DNA of 64,000 nt, from the NCBI GenBank assembly GCA_047619225.1, contig JBLHJX010000004.1, positions 1,050-65,049 of the forward strand. The letters are read 5' to 3'. This stretch comes from Candidatus Latescibacterota bacterium (lineage in GTDB: Bacteria > Latescibacterota > UBA2968). This document shows, piece after piece, positions 47,855-58,329 of the stretch (positions are counted from its first letter, which is position 1; each line of letters starts with the position of its first letter). The translations under genes and the position numbers were made by a program. Below the pieces are notes generated by a model. It worked only from the letters and a program-made list of their open reading frames with translations, was not told where the DNA came from and searched no databases.

Positions 47855-48994
47855 TTACAAGGCACTTAAGAGTTCATTGGTTACAAGAACGTCATGCCGT
47901 GCACCTAAAGTTTCAAACTGATCGCGCGCGGCTTCTAAAGTGACTCGCGCAAGGTCGGTTTCGTTTTGAGCCATGTGTAATTTGCCTATTTCGCGTTGTA
48001 CTTCGGCTATACCAAGGGGTTTTTCATATTGCTGACACAAGCGCAAGGATTCAGCCAAGAGACCTTGTGCGGTTGTCCAGTCTTCTTTTTGTGTATAAAG
48101 CCGTCCGAGCACCTTATAAGTTTCGGCAATGCCAAGGGGATAATCAACTTCCTTAAAGGTGTCTAAGGCACGGGCACAATAAGAGGCCACTAGGGTGCGG
48201 TCGTTGAATTCGAGATAAACTGCAGCTTTGTGAACATAGTTAAGGGCTGTGAGAATGAGGTCGCCTTTTTCTTGGGCAATTTCAAGGGATTTTTCAAATG
48301 CGTCTATTGCATTCGGGTAATTTTGATTGGCCATCAAACACATGCCCATATTGTGAAATGCGAAGGCTATTTGCGTTGGTTTGTCCACTTGTTCATAAAC
48401 GCTCAGGCAGCTATTAAAAAGGAGAATAGCACGATCAAAATCACCTTGTATGGTATGGCTGATGCCCATGTTCATTGCGGTAGCCGCTACAATCCGATCA
48501 TCTTGTAGCTTTTCACCTATTTCCAGACCATAGTTGAATGCTTCTGTTGCCTCGTCATAGTGACCTTGGCTCGATTTAATGAGACCTTCATTTATCCAGC
48601 ACCAAGCAAGCCCAGGAGATTCAGCTTCATTGTGGTGCTTGCTTTCTTCCAAGTAAGAAAGCGCTTCTTTCCACCGGTTTCGTTTTCTAAAAACGCGCCC
48701 AATTTTCCACAGAATGTCAGCTTCGCGTGCTCTGTCATTTTGCGAACGTGCCATTGCCAATGCTTCAAGGTAGACCTCAGTGGCTTTTTCTAAGCTGCTT
48801 AAGACTTCATAAGATTCAGCAATATTAACCAATACGACCAAAGTATATTGCGCATCTTGAGTACTCAACCCGATCTTTCGAAATGTTGTGAGAACCTGAT
48901 CGACATAGCGGATGGCTTTTGCCGCAGGGATATCTTCCTGACGCACACTTGCCAGCAATTGATCTATGAGGTTTTCTGGGAGAGGGGCATTCAC
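47855..48994 (-). CDS. Tetratricopeptide repeat protein
   Basis: Several tandem TPR-like units; GTG start after AAGGA. Confidence 0.8.
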   Translation of the reverse strand: MNAPLPENLIDQLLASVRQEDIPAAKAIRYVDQVLTTFRKIGLSTQDAQYTLVVLVNIAESYEVLSSLEKATEVYLEALAMARSQNDRAREADILWKIGRVFRKRNRWKEALSYLEESKHHNEAESPGLAWCWINEGLIKSSQGHYDEATEAFNYGLEIGEKLQDDRIVAATAMNMGISHTIQGDFDRAILLFNSCLSVYEQVDKPTQIAFAFHNMGMCLMANQNYPNAIDAFEKSLEIAQEKGDLILTALNYVHKAAVYLEFNDRTLVASYCARALDTFKEVDYPLGIAETYKVLGRLYTQKEDWTTAQGLLAESLRLCQQYEKPLGIAEVQREIGKLHMAQNETDLARVTLEAARDQFETLGARHDVLVTNELLSAL

Positions 48995-49106
48995 CGGCGA
49001 GTTATCCTTATAAGTTGCGGCCAGCTTTGAGTGGGCAGTAATGTAACAAAAGGCTGCCCCGACCAAACACCTGCAGCCCTTTGTTACCTTTTAAAGCCTT
49101 ACGAAT

Positions 49107-49301
49107 TTAGTTAAAAACGACGTCGTCTTCAAAAAAATGAAGATCGTTCGAATACGTCTCTTGGTGCTGTGCTTGCCCAATTTCTTTAAATGCCGATAAC
49201 AAACGTGTGACACACGCAACGGCCTGATCCGATGTCAAATTAGATTGTAGAGTAGCAGAAATTGCTGCGTCGATTCTTGCTTCAAGGGTTGCTGTTTTCA
49301 T
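49107..49301 (-). CDS. Small protein (64 aa) resembling the TPR protein N-terminus
   Basis: AGGAG RBS; AVACVTRLLSAFKEIG versus AIRYVDQVLTTFRKIG. Confidence 0.6.
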   Translation of the reverse strand: MKTATLEARIDAAISATLQSNLTSDQAVACVTRLLSAFKEIGQAQHQETYSNDLHFFEDDVVFN

Positions 49302-49349
49302 TGTTTAGGCTCCTAAGTGATATGAGAAGTTATTAAAGGATAAAATGGA

Positions 49350-49991
49350 TTATGGCACATCTGGAAGATCTTCATCAATCTCATCCCACCATTCGTCACC
49401 CGATTCTTCTCCACCATCTCCGGAATATTCGGAGAAATGAGCCACTTGTATCAAGAGGGTGATACGATTGTTTTTGACTCTGATGCGGTATGGAACGGGT
49501 GTGTGTGTGCCATCTTCTTCTATTAGATAACCGCCGAGGCTTTCTGGGTCAATGCCTTCAGAAGAAAAGGTGAGGGCGAGCCGTGCGGGTTTGTTAAAGT
49601 GCAGGCCATCGGGGCCAAATTCAACAATTGCGGAGGCTCCTGAACCCTTTATTTGCATGCTGATTTCTACTCTTTCGTCCAATGCATCTTTTGGAACACG
49701 GAATTTGGCCTGTGTTTTTTCATGGGTGATGGTAATCTGGCCGCCATTTGCTCCTATGCGCTCGGTTTTGATTTCGGATGAGGTTTGTTCGCCAGCAGAT
49801 TTACGCAAAGCAAATGGCATCAAAGCGATGCGAAGCGATGGTGTATTTGAGTTGGATAGAATCTCTGAACTGTCAGGGGATAAGTCCGGCGCGTTGGGCA
49901 TTTGTCCAGAATGACAACCAATCAGACCGAGAAGGCCAATGACAAGGAGCCCGTTTCGAATCGGGTTAAATTTTTTAAGTTGTGCGTGCAT
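49350..49991 (-). CDS. Lipoprotein with ZU5-like beta domain
   Basis: Lipobox LIGC; GG.I....VPKDAL...FGPDGLHFNKP...HFSEY; GGAGG RBS. Confidence 0.7.
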   Translation of the reverse strand: MHAQLKKFNPIRNGLLVIGLLGLIGCHSGQMPNAPDLSPDSSEILSNSNTPSLRIALMPFALRKSAGEQTSSEIKTERIGANGGQITITHEKTQAKFRVPKDALDERVEISMQIKGSGASAIVEFGPDGLHFNKPARLALTFSSEGIDPESLGGYLIEEDGTHTPVPYRIRVKNNRITLLIQVAHFSEYSGDGGEESGDEWWDEIDEDLPDVP

Positions 49992-50058
49992 GTTTCTACC
50001 TCCGCGACAGGTTGAAAAATATTTCGATAGTATTCTAAATCAAGATATCCTCGTGTAT

Positions 50059-50075
50059 CGCAAGAGGCGTGCCAG
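50059..50075 (-). promoter_or_regulatory. sigma54 -24/-12 promoter
   Basis: Minus strand CTGGCAC-GCCTC-TTGCG. Confidence 0.85.
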
Positions 50076-50162
50076 ATTGTTTCTGAAAAAAATGAATTGT
50101 TAAGTGGTTTAAAAGTATTAAGTTATGGATTTGTTTTAGGCGAAAAGTGATCGAAATATTTA

Positions 50163-50226
50163 TGGGGCAAATCACCCTAATGGGTGATTTGCCCCGTATT
50201 GTATTTACTTTGGGGGATATACCCCA
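50163..50226. promoter_or_regulatory. Three related palindromic enhancer (UAS) sites
   Basis: TGGGGCAAATCACCC, TGGGTGATTTGCCCC and TGGGGGATATACCCCA, about 90-150 bp upstream of the sigma54 site. Confidence 0.65.
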
Positions 50227-50227
50227 A

Positions 50228-51247
50228 TTATTCAGAGAGATCTTCAAGCTTATATTTTTTGATTCTGTATCGGAGGGTATCTCGTGAGAGGTGCAAGAGC
50301 TGGGCAGCAGAGGATACCTTGCCTTTTGTTTGTTGCAAAGCGGCCTTAATGAGGCGACGCTCCACGTCTTCCATCGCTATACCCCAAGGGGGGAGGTTGA
50401 TGCGGATGTCTCCCAAATCATCAATGACGAGCGTCGGTGGTTGGTCAGGCACGCGAAAGTCATTTTCTTCTTTGCCCACTGTCAGATCAGCCAGTTGGAT
50501 GAGGTTGTCGTTGGATAGAAGTGTTGCGCGTTCGATAAGGTTGCGCAACTCTCTTACATTGCCTGGCCAGGCATAATTCTTGAGCCAATGTTCAGCACCA
50601 TTTGAGAGCTTGAGGTTGGTTTTTTGGTATCTCGAACTATAGATGTTGAGAAAGTGGTGGGCGATGAGTAGGATGTCTTCGTTGCGTTGGCGCAAAGGGG
50701 GCAATGAGAGAGGTACCACGTTGAGGCGGTAATAGAGGTCTTGGCGAAATCGGCCTTCACGAACCGCATCGGAAAGGTTTTCGTTGGTGGCAGCTACGAT
50801 GCGCAAATCTGAATGGATATCTTGTGTGCCACCTAAGTGACGAAATGTGTGGGATTCGATGACTGTAAGGAGTTTGGCCTGAATATCAAGCGGCATCAGG
50901 CCAATTTCGTCAAGGAATATGGTGCCCTTATCTGCAATTTCGAAGAGGCCTTTTTTGTTGATCTTGGCATCCGTAAACGCGCCCTTTTCATATCCAAACA
51001 ATTCAGCTTCGAGCAAGTTAGACGGGATAGCAGCACAATTAACAGAAACAAAGGCATGGTTGAACCTTTGACTGCGCTGATGGAGTTCCCGAGCAATTAA
51101 TTCTTTGCCCGTGCCACTTTCACCCGTTACGAGCACAGTGGCTGGGGTATTTGCAATGCGATCAATGAGGTTAAAGACTTGCTGCATAACCTCACTTGCC
51201 CCGACGATATGTTCAGATACAGGCTGTTGTTGATTGGACGCGTTCAC
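50228..51247 (-). CDS. sigma54 enhancer-binding protein lacking a sensory domain
   Basis: [28 protein letters not shown], Fis HTH; only about 12 aa before the AAA+ domain. Confidence 0.9.
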   Translation of the reverse strand: MNASNQQQPVSEHIVGASEVMQQVFNLIDRIANTPATVLVTGESGTGKELIARELHQRSQRFNHAFVSVNCAAIPSNLLEAELFGYEKGAFTDAKINKKGLFEIADKGTIFLDEIGLMPLDIQAKLLTVIESHTFRHLGGTQDIHSDLRIVAATNENLSDAVREGRFRQDLYYRLNVVPLSLPPLRQRNEDILLIAHHFLNIYSSRYQKTNLKLSNGAEHWLKNYAWPGNVRELRNLIERATLLSNDNLIQLADLTVGKEENDFRVPDQPPTLVIDDLGDIRINLPPWGIAMEDVERRLIKAALQQTKGKVSSAAQLLHLSRDTLRYRIKKYKLEDLSE

Positions 51248-51375
51248 CCAATTCCCTGTCTGTATAAGATAGCAGCACTTATTCGGTGCGTTTGCTATCT
51301 AAATGAAAGCCCTAATCATTCTTCCCCCCGAAAAAATGTTTAAGATAATCCCGACTGTGCTCTACATTTGGTATT

Positions 51376-52260
51376 CTATGCCATAACTTGCTTCATGGTG
51401 TTGCCCATATCAGCAGGGCTGGTACACACGTGAATGCCAGCTGCTTCCAGGGCAGTCATTTTATCGGCTGCTGAACCTTGTCCCCCAGAAATGATTGCAC
51501 CCGCATGTCCCATTCGACGACCTGGGGGTGCTGTTTGTCCGGCAATAAAACTCACAACAGGTTTGCCAAAGTGTGCTTTGATATATGCTGCTGCTTCTTC
51601 TTCTGCTGTGCCGCCAATTTCACCAATCATAATGACCGCATCGGTCTCTGAATCGTCCTTAAATACCTTAAGACAGTCTGTAAATGTTGTACCAATAACG
51701 GGGTCGCCACCAATGCCGACGCAGGTCGATTGACCAAAACCCGCCTCTGTGAGTTGAGACACTGCTTCATAGGTGAGTGTACCGCTTCGAGAAATAACGC
51801 CAATTCGGCCAGGATGATGGATAGAACCGGGCATAATCCCAATCTTACATTTACCTGGTGAAATGAGCCCCGGGCAGTTTGGGCCGATGAGTCGTGTATT
51901 TGTGCCTTCAAGGAAGTGCTTGGCCTTGACCATATCCAGTACGGGAATATGTTCGCTAATACATATGACAAGAGGTAAACCCGCGGCGGCGGCTTCCATA
52001 ATTGAATCCGCTGCAAATGGCGCGGGTACAAAGTTTGCCGATGCAGTTGCGCCCGTGTTTTCAATGGCTTCTGAGACGGTATCAAAAACAGGGACTCCTT
52101 CAACAGATTCGCCCCCTTTGCCAGAATTGACAACGCCAACAACTTGGGTGCCATATTCAATCATTTGTTGCATATGAAAAGCTGCTTCGGCCCCCATGGC
52201 TTTGCTGCCAGAAAAGCTTTGAATAATGACGCGTGTTTTTTCATCAATGTAGATACTCAT
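51376..52260 (-). CDS. sucD: Succinyl-CoA synthetase alpha
   Basis: [28 protein letters not shown]. Confidence 0.96.
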   Translation of the reverse strand: MSIYIDEKTRVIIQSFSGSKAMGAEAAFHMQQMIEYGTQVVGVVNSGKGGESVEGVPVFDTVSEAIENTGATASANFVPAPFAADSIMEAAAAGLPLVICISEHIPVLDMVKAKHFLEGTNTRLIGPNCPGLISPGKCKIGIMPGSIHHPGRIGVISRSGTLTYEAVSQLTEAGFGQSTCVGIGGDPVIGTTFTDCLKVFKDDSETDAVIMIGEIGGTAEEEAAAYIKAHFGKPVVSFIAGQTAPPGRRMGHAGAIISGGQGSAADKMTALEAAGIHVCTSPADMGNTMKQVMA

Positions 52261-52368
52261 ATTACCTCCTGGAAATTTAGAAATCAGAGATCCGGAATCA
52301 GAAAACGGTGGTAGATTTAAAGGCTTGCGGGTCTAGAATTAAAGATTAAATTGTGTAGTGGCCATTGT

Positions 52369-53043
52369 TTACAATGTTTTTTCTTCAATCGTCCCGTCAG
52401 GGTGACCAATGATTATGCGACAGGCAAGGCCTATAAATAAACCGCATTCTACCACACCACATATTTTATTGATTTCTTGTTCGAGCGTTGACGGATCAAC
52501 AATCTCTTGAAAGTCACACTTGAGGATATAATTCCCATTGTCTGTGACATAGGGACCTTGGGAAGCCAAACGCAAAAGGGGCGTACACCCCAGTTTGGCC
52601 AGGTGTTGTCTTGTTGCTTGCCAACCAAATGGTACAACCTCAACGGGTAGGGCAGATGCGCCCAGATGTTTAACCCACTTGGTTGGGTCACCCACAATGA
52701 TTTCGCTGGCGCTGTTTTTTGCTACAATTTTTTCTCGCAGGAGTGCGCCTCCTGCCCCTTTGGTCAAATTAAATGCGGGGTCAATTTCGTCTGCACCATC
52801 AATCGTGAGGTCTATATGTGTGACTTGGTCAAAGTCTATGAGGGGGATGTGTTCTGCCAACGCTTGTTGTTTTGATTGTTCAGATGTGGGTATCCCCAAG
52901 ATTTTGAGGCCTTCTGCGACGCGTTGACCAAGTTTTCGAATGGTGAAATATGCTGTGGATCCTGTACCTAATCCTACGATCATATCATCTTTTACATACT
53001 CGGCAGCGCGTTCACCAGCCAATTGTTTGGGGTTGTATATCAT
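52369..53043 (-). CDS. rpiA: Ribose-5-phosphate isomerase A
   Basis: GLGTGST, DGADE, KGAGGALLREK, TDNGN. Confidence 0.95.
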   Translation of the reverse strand: MIYNPKQLAGERAAEYVKDDMIVGLGTGSTAYFTIRKLGQRVAEGLKILGIPTSEQSKQQALAEHIPLIDFDQVTHIDLTIDGADEIDPAFNLTKGAGGALLREKIVAKNSASEIIVGDPTKWVKHLGASALPVEVVPFGWQATRQHLAKLGCTPLLRLASQGPYVTDNGNYILKCDFQEIVDPSTLEQEINKICGVVECGLFIGLACRIIIGHPDGTIEEKTL

Positions 53044-53231
53044 AAATAATAATTGTCCTGTTTGCCGGGTAATGGGGTTGAGAAGATAAGGACAATTATG
53101 GGCTTTGGCAATGGTTTTGAGTATAGAAGCCAATGTGCTAAGGCAGTTTCAGTGCTTGAGTTTTGTCTTTTTTTTAATATCATGGGGCATCGATACATCA
53201 TCTTATTTTTCGTTCTAAAGGAGCAAGCGAC

Positions 53232-54068
53232 ATGACATACACAACGTTGGAAGATTTTTTGGGTGATATTGTTGGGAAGGCGCGACGGGGACAGGGAATG
53301 GATGCCTCACAAATCTCACAAAACACAGGCCTAAGTTCGGCGCAAATCGATCAAATAGAGTCTTATGCATTAACGCCCGATGATGGGGTGATGCGATCAT
53401 TGGCAACGGCCTTGAACCTTCATGGGGAAAAATTAATCGCCATTGCCAAGGGATGGGTGCCAGAAGCGCCCAATGACTCTTTTGAGAATGATCAAATGCG
53501 GGTTGAACGATTGATCTTAGATGCTGGCATGACTGTTAATTGTTATGTCATGGTGTGCAAAAACACAGGTAAGGGTGCTGTGATTGACCCCGGTGGTCAG
53601 GCAAATATCATTCTGGGGCTTATCCAAGATATAGAGATCACACATATCTTATTGACGCATGGGCACGGTGATCATGTGGGTGCATTGGAAGAAATTGCAA
53701 AATCAACGGACGCAGTCGTGTGTGGTTGTGAGCGAGATTTTGGATTGATGGGAGGTAAGAGTCGGTTGGTGACGGAACGTGTTGATGAGGGGTGGCAGAC
53801 ACGGGTGGGCGATGTAGAGGTTCATACGTTTGGTTTGGCGGGGCACACCCCCGGTGGGATTGGGTATTATGCACCGCCCGTCTTTTTCTCCGGGGATGCT
53901 TTGTTTGCAGGATCGCTTGGAGGTGCACGCGGGGAGGCTTATAGCGGACAGATTCGGGCAGTTGAATCGAAAGTTCTTTCTTTACCCGACGAAACGCACA
54001 TTCTTCCAGGTCATGGTCCTGTTACGACCGTTGGGCAAGAAAAGATGCATAACCCCTATTTTATTTAG
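53232..54068 (+). CDS. MBL-fold hydrolase with N-terminal XRE-like helical domain
   Basis: THGHGDH, GHTPG, GDALF, PGHG. Confidence 0.85.
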   Translation: MTYTTLEDFLGDIVGKARRGQGMDASQISQNTGLSSAQIDQIESYALTPDDGVMRSLATALNLHGEKLIAIAKGWVPEAPNDSFENDQMRVERLILDAGMTVNCYVMVCKNTGKGAVIDPGGQANIILGLIQDIEITHILLTHGHGDHVGALEEIAKSTDAVVCGCERDFGLMGGKSRLVTERVDEGWQTRVGDVEVHTFGLAGHTPGGIGYYAPPVFFSGDALFAGSLGGARGEAYSGQIRAVESKVLSLPDETHILPGHGPVTTVGQEKMHNPYFI

Positions 54069-54364
54069 GCCTCGTGTGGCAAACGGGTCGGGTAGGCAAT
54101 GAGCGAGACTTCTTCTTCTGTTAGACCAACAGTACCGGAAAAAGAAAAAGCATCTTGTTCGTCTGATGCTCGCTGTTCTATGTCTCTTGCATCAACCCAC
54201 TGTCCAATAGCATGACAAATAGATTCAACGGCGGCTTTTTGACGTTCAAGCCGGTCCAAATCCACTCTCAAATGTTCTATCTGTCCGTTGAGTGTGTGAA
54301 GTTCATTCTGTGCCGTTGAAAGCGTTTGTTGGTATAGTGATTCATTGTGTTCCGGGTTTACCAT
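54065..54364 (-). CDS. Small coiled-coil hypothetical protein (99 aa)
   Basis: AAAGGA RBS before ATG 54364; heptad pattern. Confidence 0.55.
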   Translation of the reverse strand: MVNPEHNESLYQQTLSTAQNELHTLNGQIEHLRVDLDRLERQKAAVESICHAIGQWVDARDIEQRASDEQDAFSFSGTVGLTEEEVSLIAYPTRLPHEA

Positions 54365-54556
54365 TGTATTTCCTTTGTGGAGATAGGGAACGATTTCTGC
54401 CCGTTTCAGATCAAATAAACATACGTTGAACCCTTGGTCTTCGTCAAGTTTAAAAACACATTGGCAAGTGCTTAAACGTTTATATTGATCATGACGTCTA
54501 AGGTTCAATCGCAGTTTGCAACTTTCAAAGCGTTCGTGCATTTAAAGAAATACCCA

Positions 54557-54590
54557 AGCAGAAGTATCATGTATGCATGATACTTCTGCT
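54557..54590. repeat. 15-bp perfect inverted repeat in a divergent intergenic region
   Basis: AGCAGAAGTATCATG-TATG-CATGATACTTCTGCT. Confidence 0.7.
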
Positions 54591-54768
54591 AAGACGACAC
54601 CGTCAATTTTCGAGACAATACTTGGTTTAATGGCCTGTTTTTCGTGCTCGTCTTGGCGGGTTTGCGTTGGGGCACGCGTATTGCTTTTTATAGTTGAAAA
54701 GATTCTGATTTGCGTCTTTTAATGGTGGGGTTTCACCCCGCGCTGTTTATTTCACAAAGGAGTTCGTT

Positions 54769-57700
54769 ATGGTTCATCGGCACCTCTTTTGGCTTATAGC
54801 CTTGTTCTTATTGTGTACATCACCCGGGTTTGCACAAGAATACTTTGGCAAGAACAAGGTCAACTATAGCCAGTATGAGTGGCACTATATCGATAGTGAG
54901 CACTTTATCATCTATTTTGATAAACCTTCCCTTGAGTTGGCCGAATTTGTGGCCAAAGAAGCAGAACGGTCTTTGGTCAATATTGAAAAGACTTTGAAAT
55001 ACACAATGAAGAACCGTTATCCTATTGTGATTTATAACTCGCACAACGGGTTTTCCGTGACGAATATTTCCGCTGGAGAACAATCGGAATTTACCGGAGG
55101 GTTCACCGAATTTGCCCAAGGTCGCGTGGTGATTCCTTATACGGGTTCGTATGATGATTTGCGCCATGTGATTCATCATGAGCTTGTTCATGCGGTCACC
55201 ATAGAATTGTGGACTGGGGGGGGGTGGCTAGGGTCTTTGGTATCCCAAACAGCGACATTGCCTCCTTTGTGGATTGCTGAAGGCATTGCAGAATATGTCT
55301 CGCGTTATGGGTGGCATAAAGAACACGACAATTTTATGCGCGATGCAACCATTACTGGATACGTTCCTCCTATCGAGATTATGTCTTACAGTTATTTTGC
55401 CTATCCAGGTGGCGCTTCTGTTTTTTATATGATCGAGCAAGAATATGGTAAAGACAAAGTTGCCGAATTTATCTCTGCATTTCGCACAGCCAAAACACCC
55501 GATAAAGCCCTAAAAGCTTCTTTGGGATTTGGTATGAAGGAATTGAATGAAAAATATCAGCTGTGGATGAAGCGACAATATTGGAATGAGATCAATCTCC
55601 ACAGCACCCCCACTGAGGTCGCCAAAAACTTGACAGATCGAGAGGAAGGGCGTTCAGGCTACAATTTAGCCGCAGCTTTATCCCCACAAGGTGATAAGGT
55701 TGCCTATCTGACGGATCGCAATGGCACGTTTGACATTTATTTGATGTCTGCTATTGACGGTAAAGATTTGGGGCGTTTGGTTGAAGGACAAAAGTCTTCT
55801 CGCTTTGAGTCCATGTTTGTATTACGGCCTGGTTTAACTTGGTCGCCCGATGGTAAGAGCATTGCTTTTGCTGCAAAATCGAATAACAAGAACACGCTTT
55901 ACATCCTTGATGTTAAGAAGAAGAAAGTGCGCAAACGGTTCAAATTTGAATTAGATGGTCTTTTTGAACCTACTTGGTCACCTGATGGTCAAAAGATCGC
56001 AGTTGCTGGGATTAAAGATGGATGGTCAGATATTTATGTGGTTGATATCCAAGACGAATCTTTGACACGCATCACCAATGACCCTTATGATGAGCGTCAT
56101 TTAGATTGGTCTCCCGATGGTGAGTGGATCGCCATGAGTTCAGATCGTCCAGACACCAGTTTAATATTTACGGCCGGAAAAGATTTTCCTTTTGGGCAAT
56201 ATGATATTTTTGTAATGAAAGCCGATGGGTCTTTTCTGCGACGCATTGTAGAAGATGGTGAAGCCGAAGAGGGATATCCCGTGTGGGGGCCTGATAGCAA
56301 ACAATTGGCCTTTGTTTCTGACCGCACTGGCATGGGTAATATTTACATCGCCAATCTTGACAGTGCTGGCATTTATCCCATTACAAATTTGTTGTCGGGT
56401 GCGCAATATCTCGATTGGTCTACAGATGGGCGTAAGATTGTATTTAATGCTTTTCACAAAGGTGCATTAGATGTCTTTGTGCTAAAAGACCCTTTGGACA
56501 AACGCAAAGAAATGGCAGATTTGCCCCGTACGCTGTTTGTAAAGCGGTTGGACGGTGTTGATACCAAAACTTTCGTGGAACGCCAGCGCGAAAAATATGG
56601 AGAAAAAAGTAGTTCTGAGAAAGATTCTGAAATTGAAGTGACCGTGACAGATTCAACTACAGAAAATGACGTTGCGGTTTGGATTTCTGACCAAGCTGAG
56701 TTGGCTGCTGCAGAAGCAGACACCCAGGCAGCTACCACCGACAGTATCTCTGTTGCAACTTCTTACCCTGTTGAGGGGGGACCAGAAGAGGCTGGTGCAG
56801 ATGATGACGGATTTCGAGACTGGGGTGAAAAGGAATTTCAGGTTAAAAAATACAAACTCATATTCAAACCCGAGTTGTTTGGCGCACAAGCTGGTTTTGA
56901 CACGTTTTATGGGGTGAGTAGTTTTATCACCTTGTCTGTCAGTGATGTGATGGGCGATCATCGCGCAACGCTGTTAACAAGTTTGGGATTTTCCTTGAAA
57001 GACAGCGACTTTTTCTTGAGCTATGCGTTTTTGAAACGCCGCAACAATTACTTTAGCCAGTTGTTCCACACACGCATCTTCTTTTTTAATAACAATATCT
57101 TACATGCAGACCGGTATTATGGTCTTGCAGGAGGTCTTGAGCGGCCTTTCAACCGGTTTTCCCGGTTGGAGTTAAATGTGCGTGCTGTGTCTATTGATCG
57201 TGAGCGGCTTGAAACCACGTCGTCGGGCAATACTGTGAATGGCGGGTTCCAAGGACTTGGAAATGGTCTAAATGGGGTGCTTCTCGATCGGCGACGTTCG
57301 GTGATTGCAGAGGCTGCGTTGGTGGGTGACGGTGCGCTTTATAGCCTTTTTGGCCCGGTTGATGGTAAGCGCTACCGCTTTAATTTAGAAGGAACAGCTT
57401 TGGGTATGGAGTTTGTGACCATGAGCATGGACTACCGAAAATATGTACGTATGTCTGACCAATATACGTTTGGGATTCGTTTGTCGGGTGGCACAAGTTA
57501 TGGTCAAAATAGCACTGTGTTTTTCTTGGGGGGGGTGAACAATCCCATAAACCCAACGTTTTCAACCATTGCAAGTGTAGATCAAAATCGCATCTTCTCT
57601 TCCAAATATATTTACCCTTTGCGCGGTGCAGATTTGCTTGAAATGGCAGGTGATTCATATGGGTTGGTCAATGTGGCTTTTCGGTTCCCTCTTATCCATC

Positions 57701-57978
57701 AACTGGCCATGGGGTGGCCTTTGCCTTTCTTCTTTCAGAATATCCAGGGCGAGTTGTTCTTAGATGTGGGTGGGGCTTTCGACCGCGATACCGTCACGCT
57801 TTGGGAAAGTCGAGATGGTGGGTTTGAGTTGCGAGACCTTCAAGCCGGTTACGGTTTTGGGGTTCGAGCAAATATGGGATATTTCTTATTTCGTTATGAT
57901 CTTGCTTGGCCAACGGACTTTGCTCAGACCTTTGCACCCAAGCAGTATTTCTCAATTGATTTTACCGGAATGTTCTAA
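54769..57978 (+). CDS. Peptidase-MA-like + PD40/TolB propeller + BamA/TamA-like barrel protein
   Basis: Signal peptide; FGKNKV, HELVH, WIAEGIAEY; WSPDG repeats; PLRG motif; terminal Phe. Confidence 0.8.
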   Translation: MVHRHLFWLIALFLLCTSPGFAQEYFGKNKVNYSQYEWHYIDSEHFIIYFDKPSLELAEFVAKEAERSLVNIEKTLKYTMKNRYPIVIYNSHNGFSVTNISAGEQSEFTGGFTEFAQGRVVIPYTGSYDDLRHVIHHELVHAVTIELWTGGGWLGSLVSQTATLPPLWIAEGIAEYVSRYGWHKEHDNFMRDATITGYVPPIEIMSYSYFAYPGGASVFYMIEQEYGKDKVAEFISAFRTAKTPDKALKASLGFGMKELNEKYQLWMKRQYWNEINLHSTPTEVAKNLTDREEGRSGYNLAAALSPQGDKVAYLTDRNGTFDIYLMSAIDGKDLGRLVEGQKSSRFESMFVLRPGLTWSPDGKSIAFAAKSNNKNTLYILDVKKKKVRKRFKFELDGLFEPTWSPDGQKIAVAGIKDGWSDIYVVDIQDESLTRITNDPYDERHLDWSPDGEWIAMSSDRPDTSLIFTAGKDFPFGQYDIFVMKADGSFLRRIVEDGEAEEGYPVWGPDSKQLAFVSDRTGMGNIYIANLDSAGIYPITNLLSGAQYLDWSTDGRKIVFNAFHKGALDVFVLKDPLDKRKEMADLPRTLFVKRLDGVDTKTFVERQREKYGEKSSSEKDSEIEVTVTDSTTENDVAVWISDQAELAAAEADTQAATTDSISVATSYPVEGGPEEAGADDDGFRDWGEKEFQVKKYKLIFKPELFGAQAGFDTFYGVSSFITLSVSDVMGDHRATLLTSLGFSLKDSDFFLSYAFLKRRNNYFSQLFHTRIFFFNNNILHADRYYGLAGGLERPFNRFSRLELNVRAVSIDRERLETTSSGNTVNGGFQGLGNGLNGVLLDRRRSVIAEAALVGDGALYSLFGPVDGKRYRFNLEGTALGMEFVTMSMDYRKYVRMSDQYTFGIRLSGGTSYGQNSTVFFLGGVNNPINPTFSTIASVDQNRIFSSKYIYPLRGADLLEMAGDSYGLVNVAFRFPLIHQLAMGWPLPFFFQNIQGELFLDVGGAFDRDTVTLWESRDGGFELRDLQAGYGFGVRANMGYFLFRYDLAWPTDFAQTFAPKQYFSIDFTGMF

Positions 57979-58004
57979 ACCGAAATTTGTGACGCAATTG
58001 AATG

Positions 58005-58044
58005 ACAGGAGGGGTTCCAAACGGAACCTCTCCTGTTTCTTTTT
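58005..58044 (+). terminator. Intrinsic terminator
   Basis: ACAGGAGGGGTTCC / GGAACCTCTCCTGT followed by a T-rich tail. Confidence 0.7.
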
Positions 58045-58048
58045 AGAA

Positions 58049-58261
58049 ATGGCGAAGAGAATGTTGAAGAAATTCAGGCGGTGTCCATACTGTGGGGAAA
58101 AAATTCGGCAGGAAGCGATAAAGTGTCGTTACTGCAGAGAATTTTCGGAAAGGGAAGAGGTTGTTGAGGCCTGTGTTTGGTGTCGTGTGATGATTGGCCT
58201 AAGCTTGGTTCTGTTGCTCATTTGGTTGGTCGTGTTTTTGAGGTTGAGTGCGCTGGGTTGA
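58049..58261 (+). CDS. Zinc-ribbon membrane protein
   Basis: CPYCGEKIRQEAIKCRYC plus a C-terminal TM helix. Confidence 0.6.
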   Translation: MAKRMLKKFRRCPYCGEKIRQEAIKCRYCREFSEREEVVEACVWCRVMIGLSLVLLLIWLVVFLRLSALG

Positions 58262-58329
58262 TGGTTGCGGCTTTTTGTATTATTATTGGATAGATCGAAT
58301 TTGAGTTTCGGACTTTGACAGAAGGGGTG

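Noticed and set aside
54424-54510. Firm 6S RNA call
   Set aside because: Only a short motif resemblance; the rod is about half the expected length and the usual gene context is absent.
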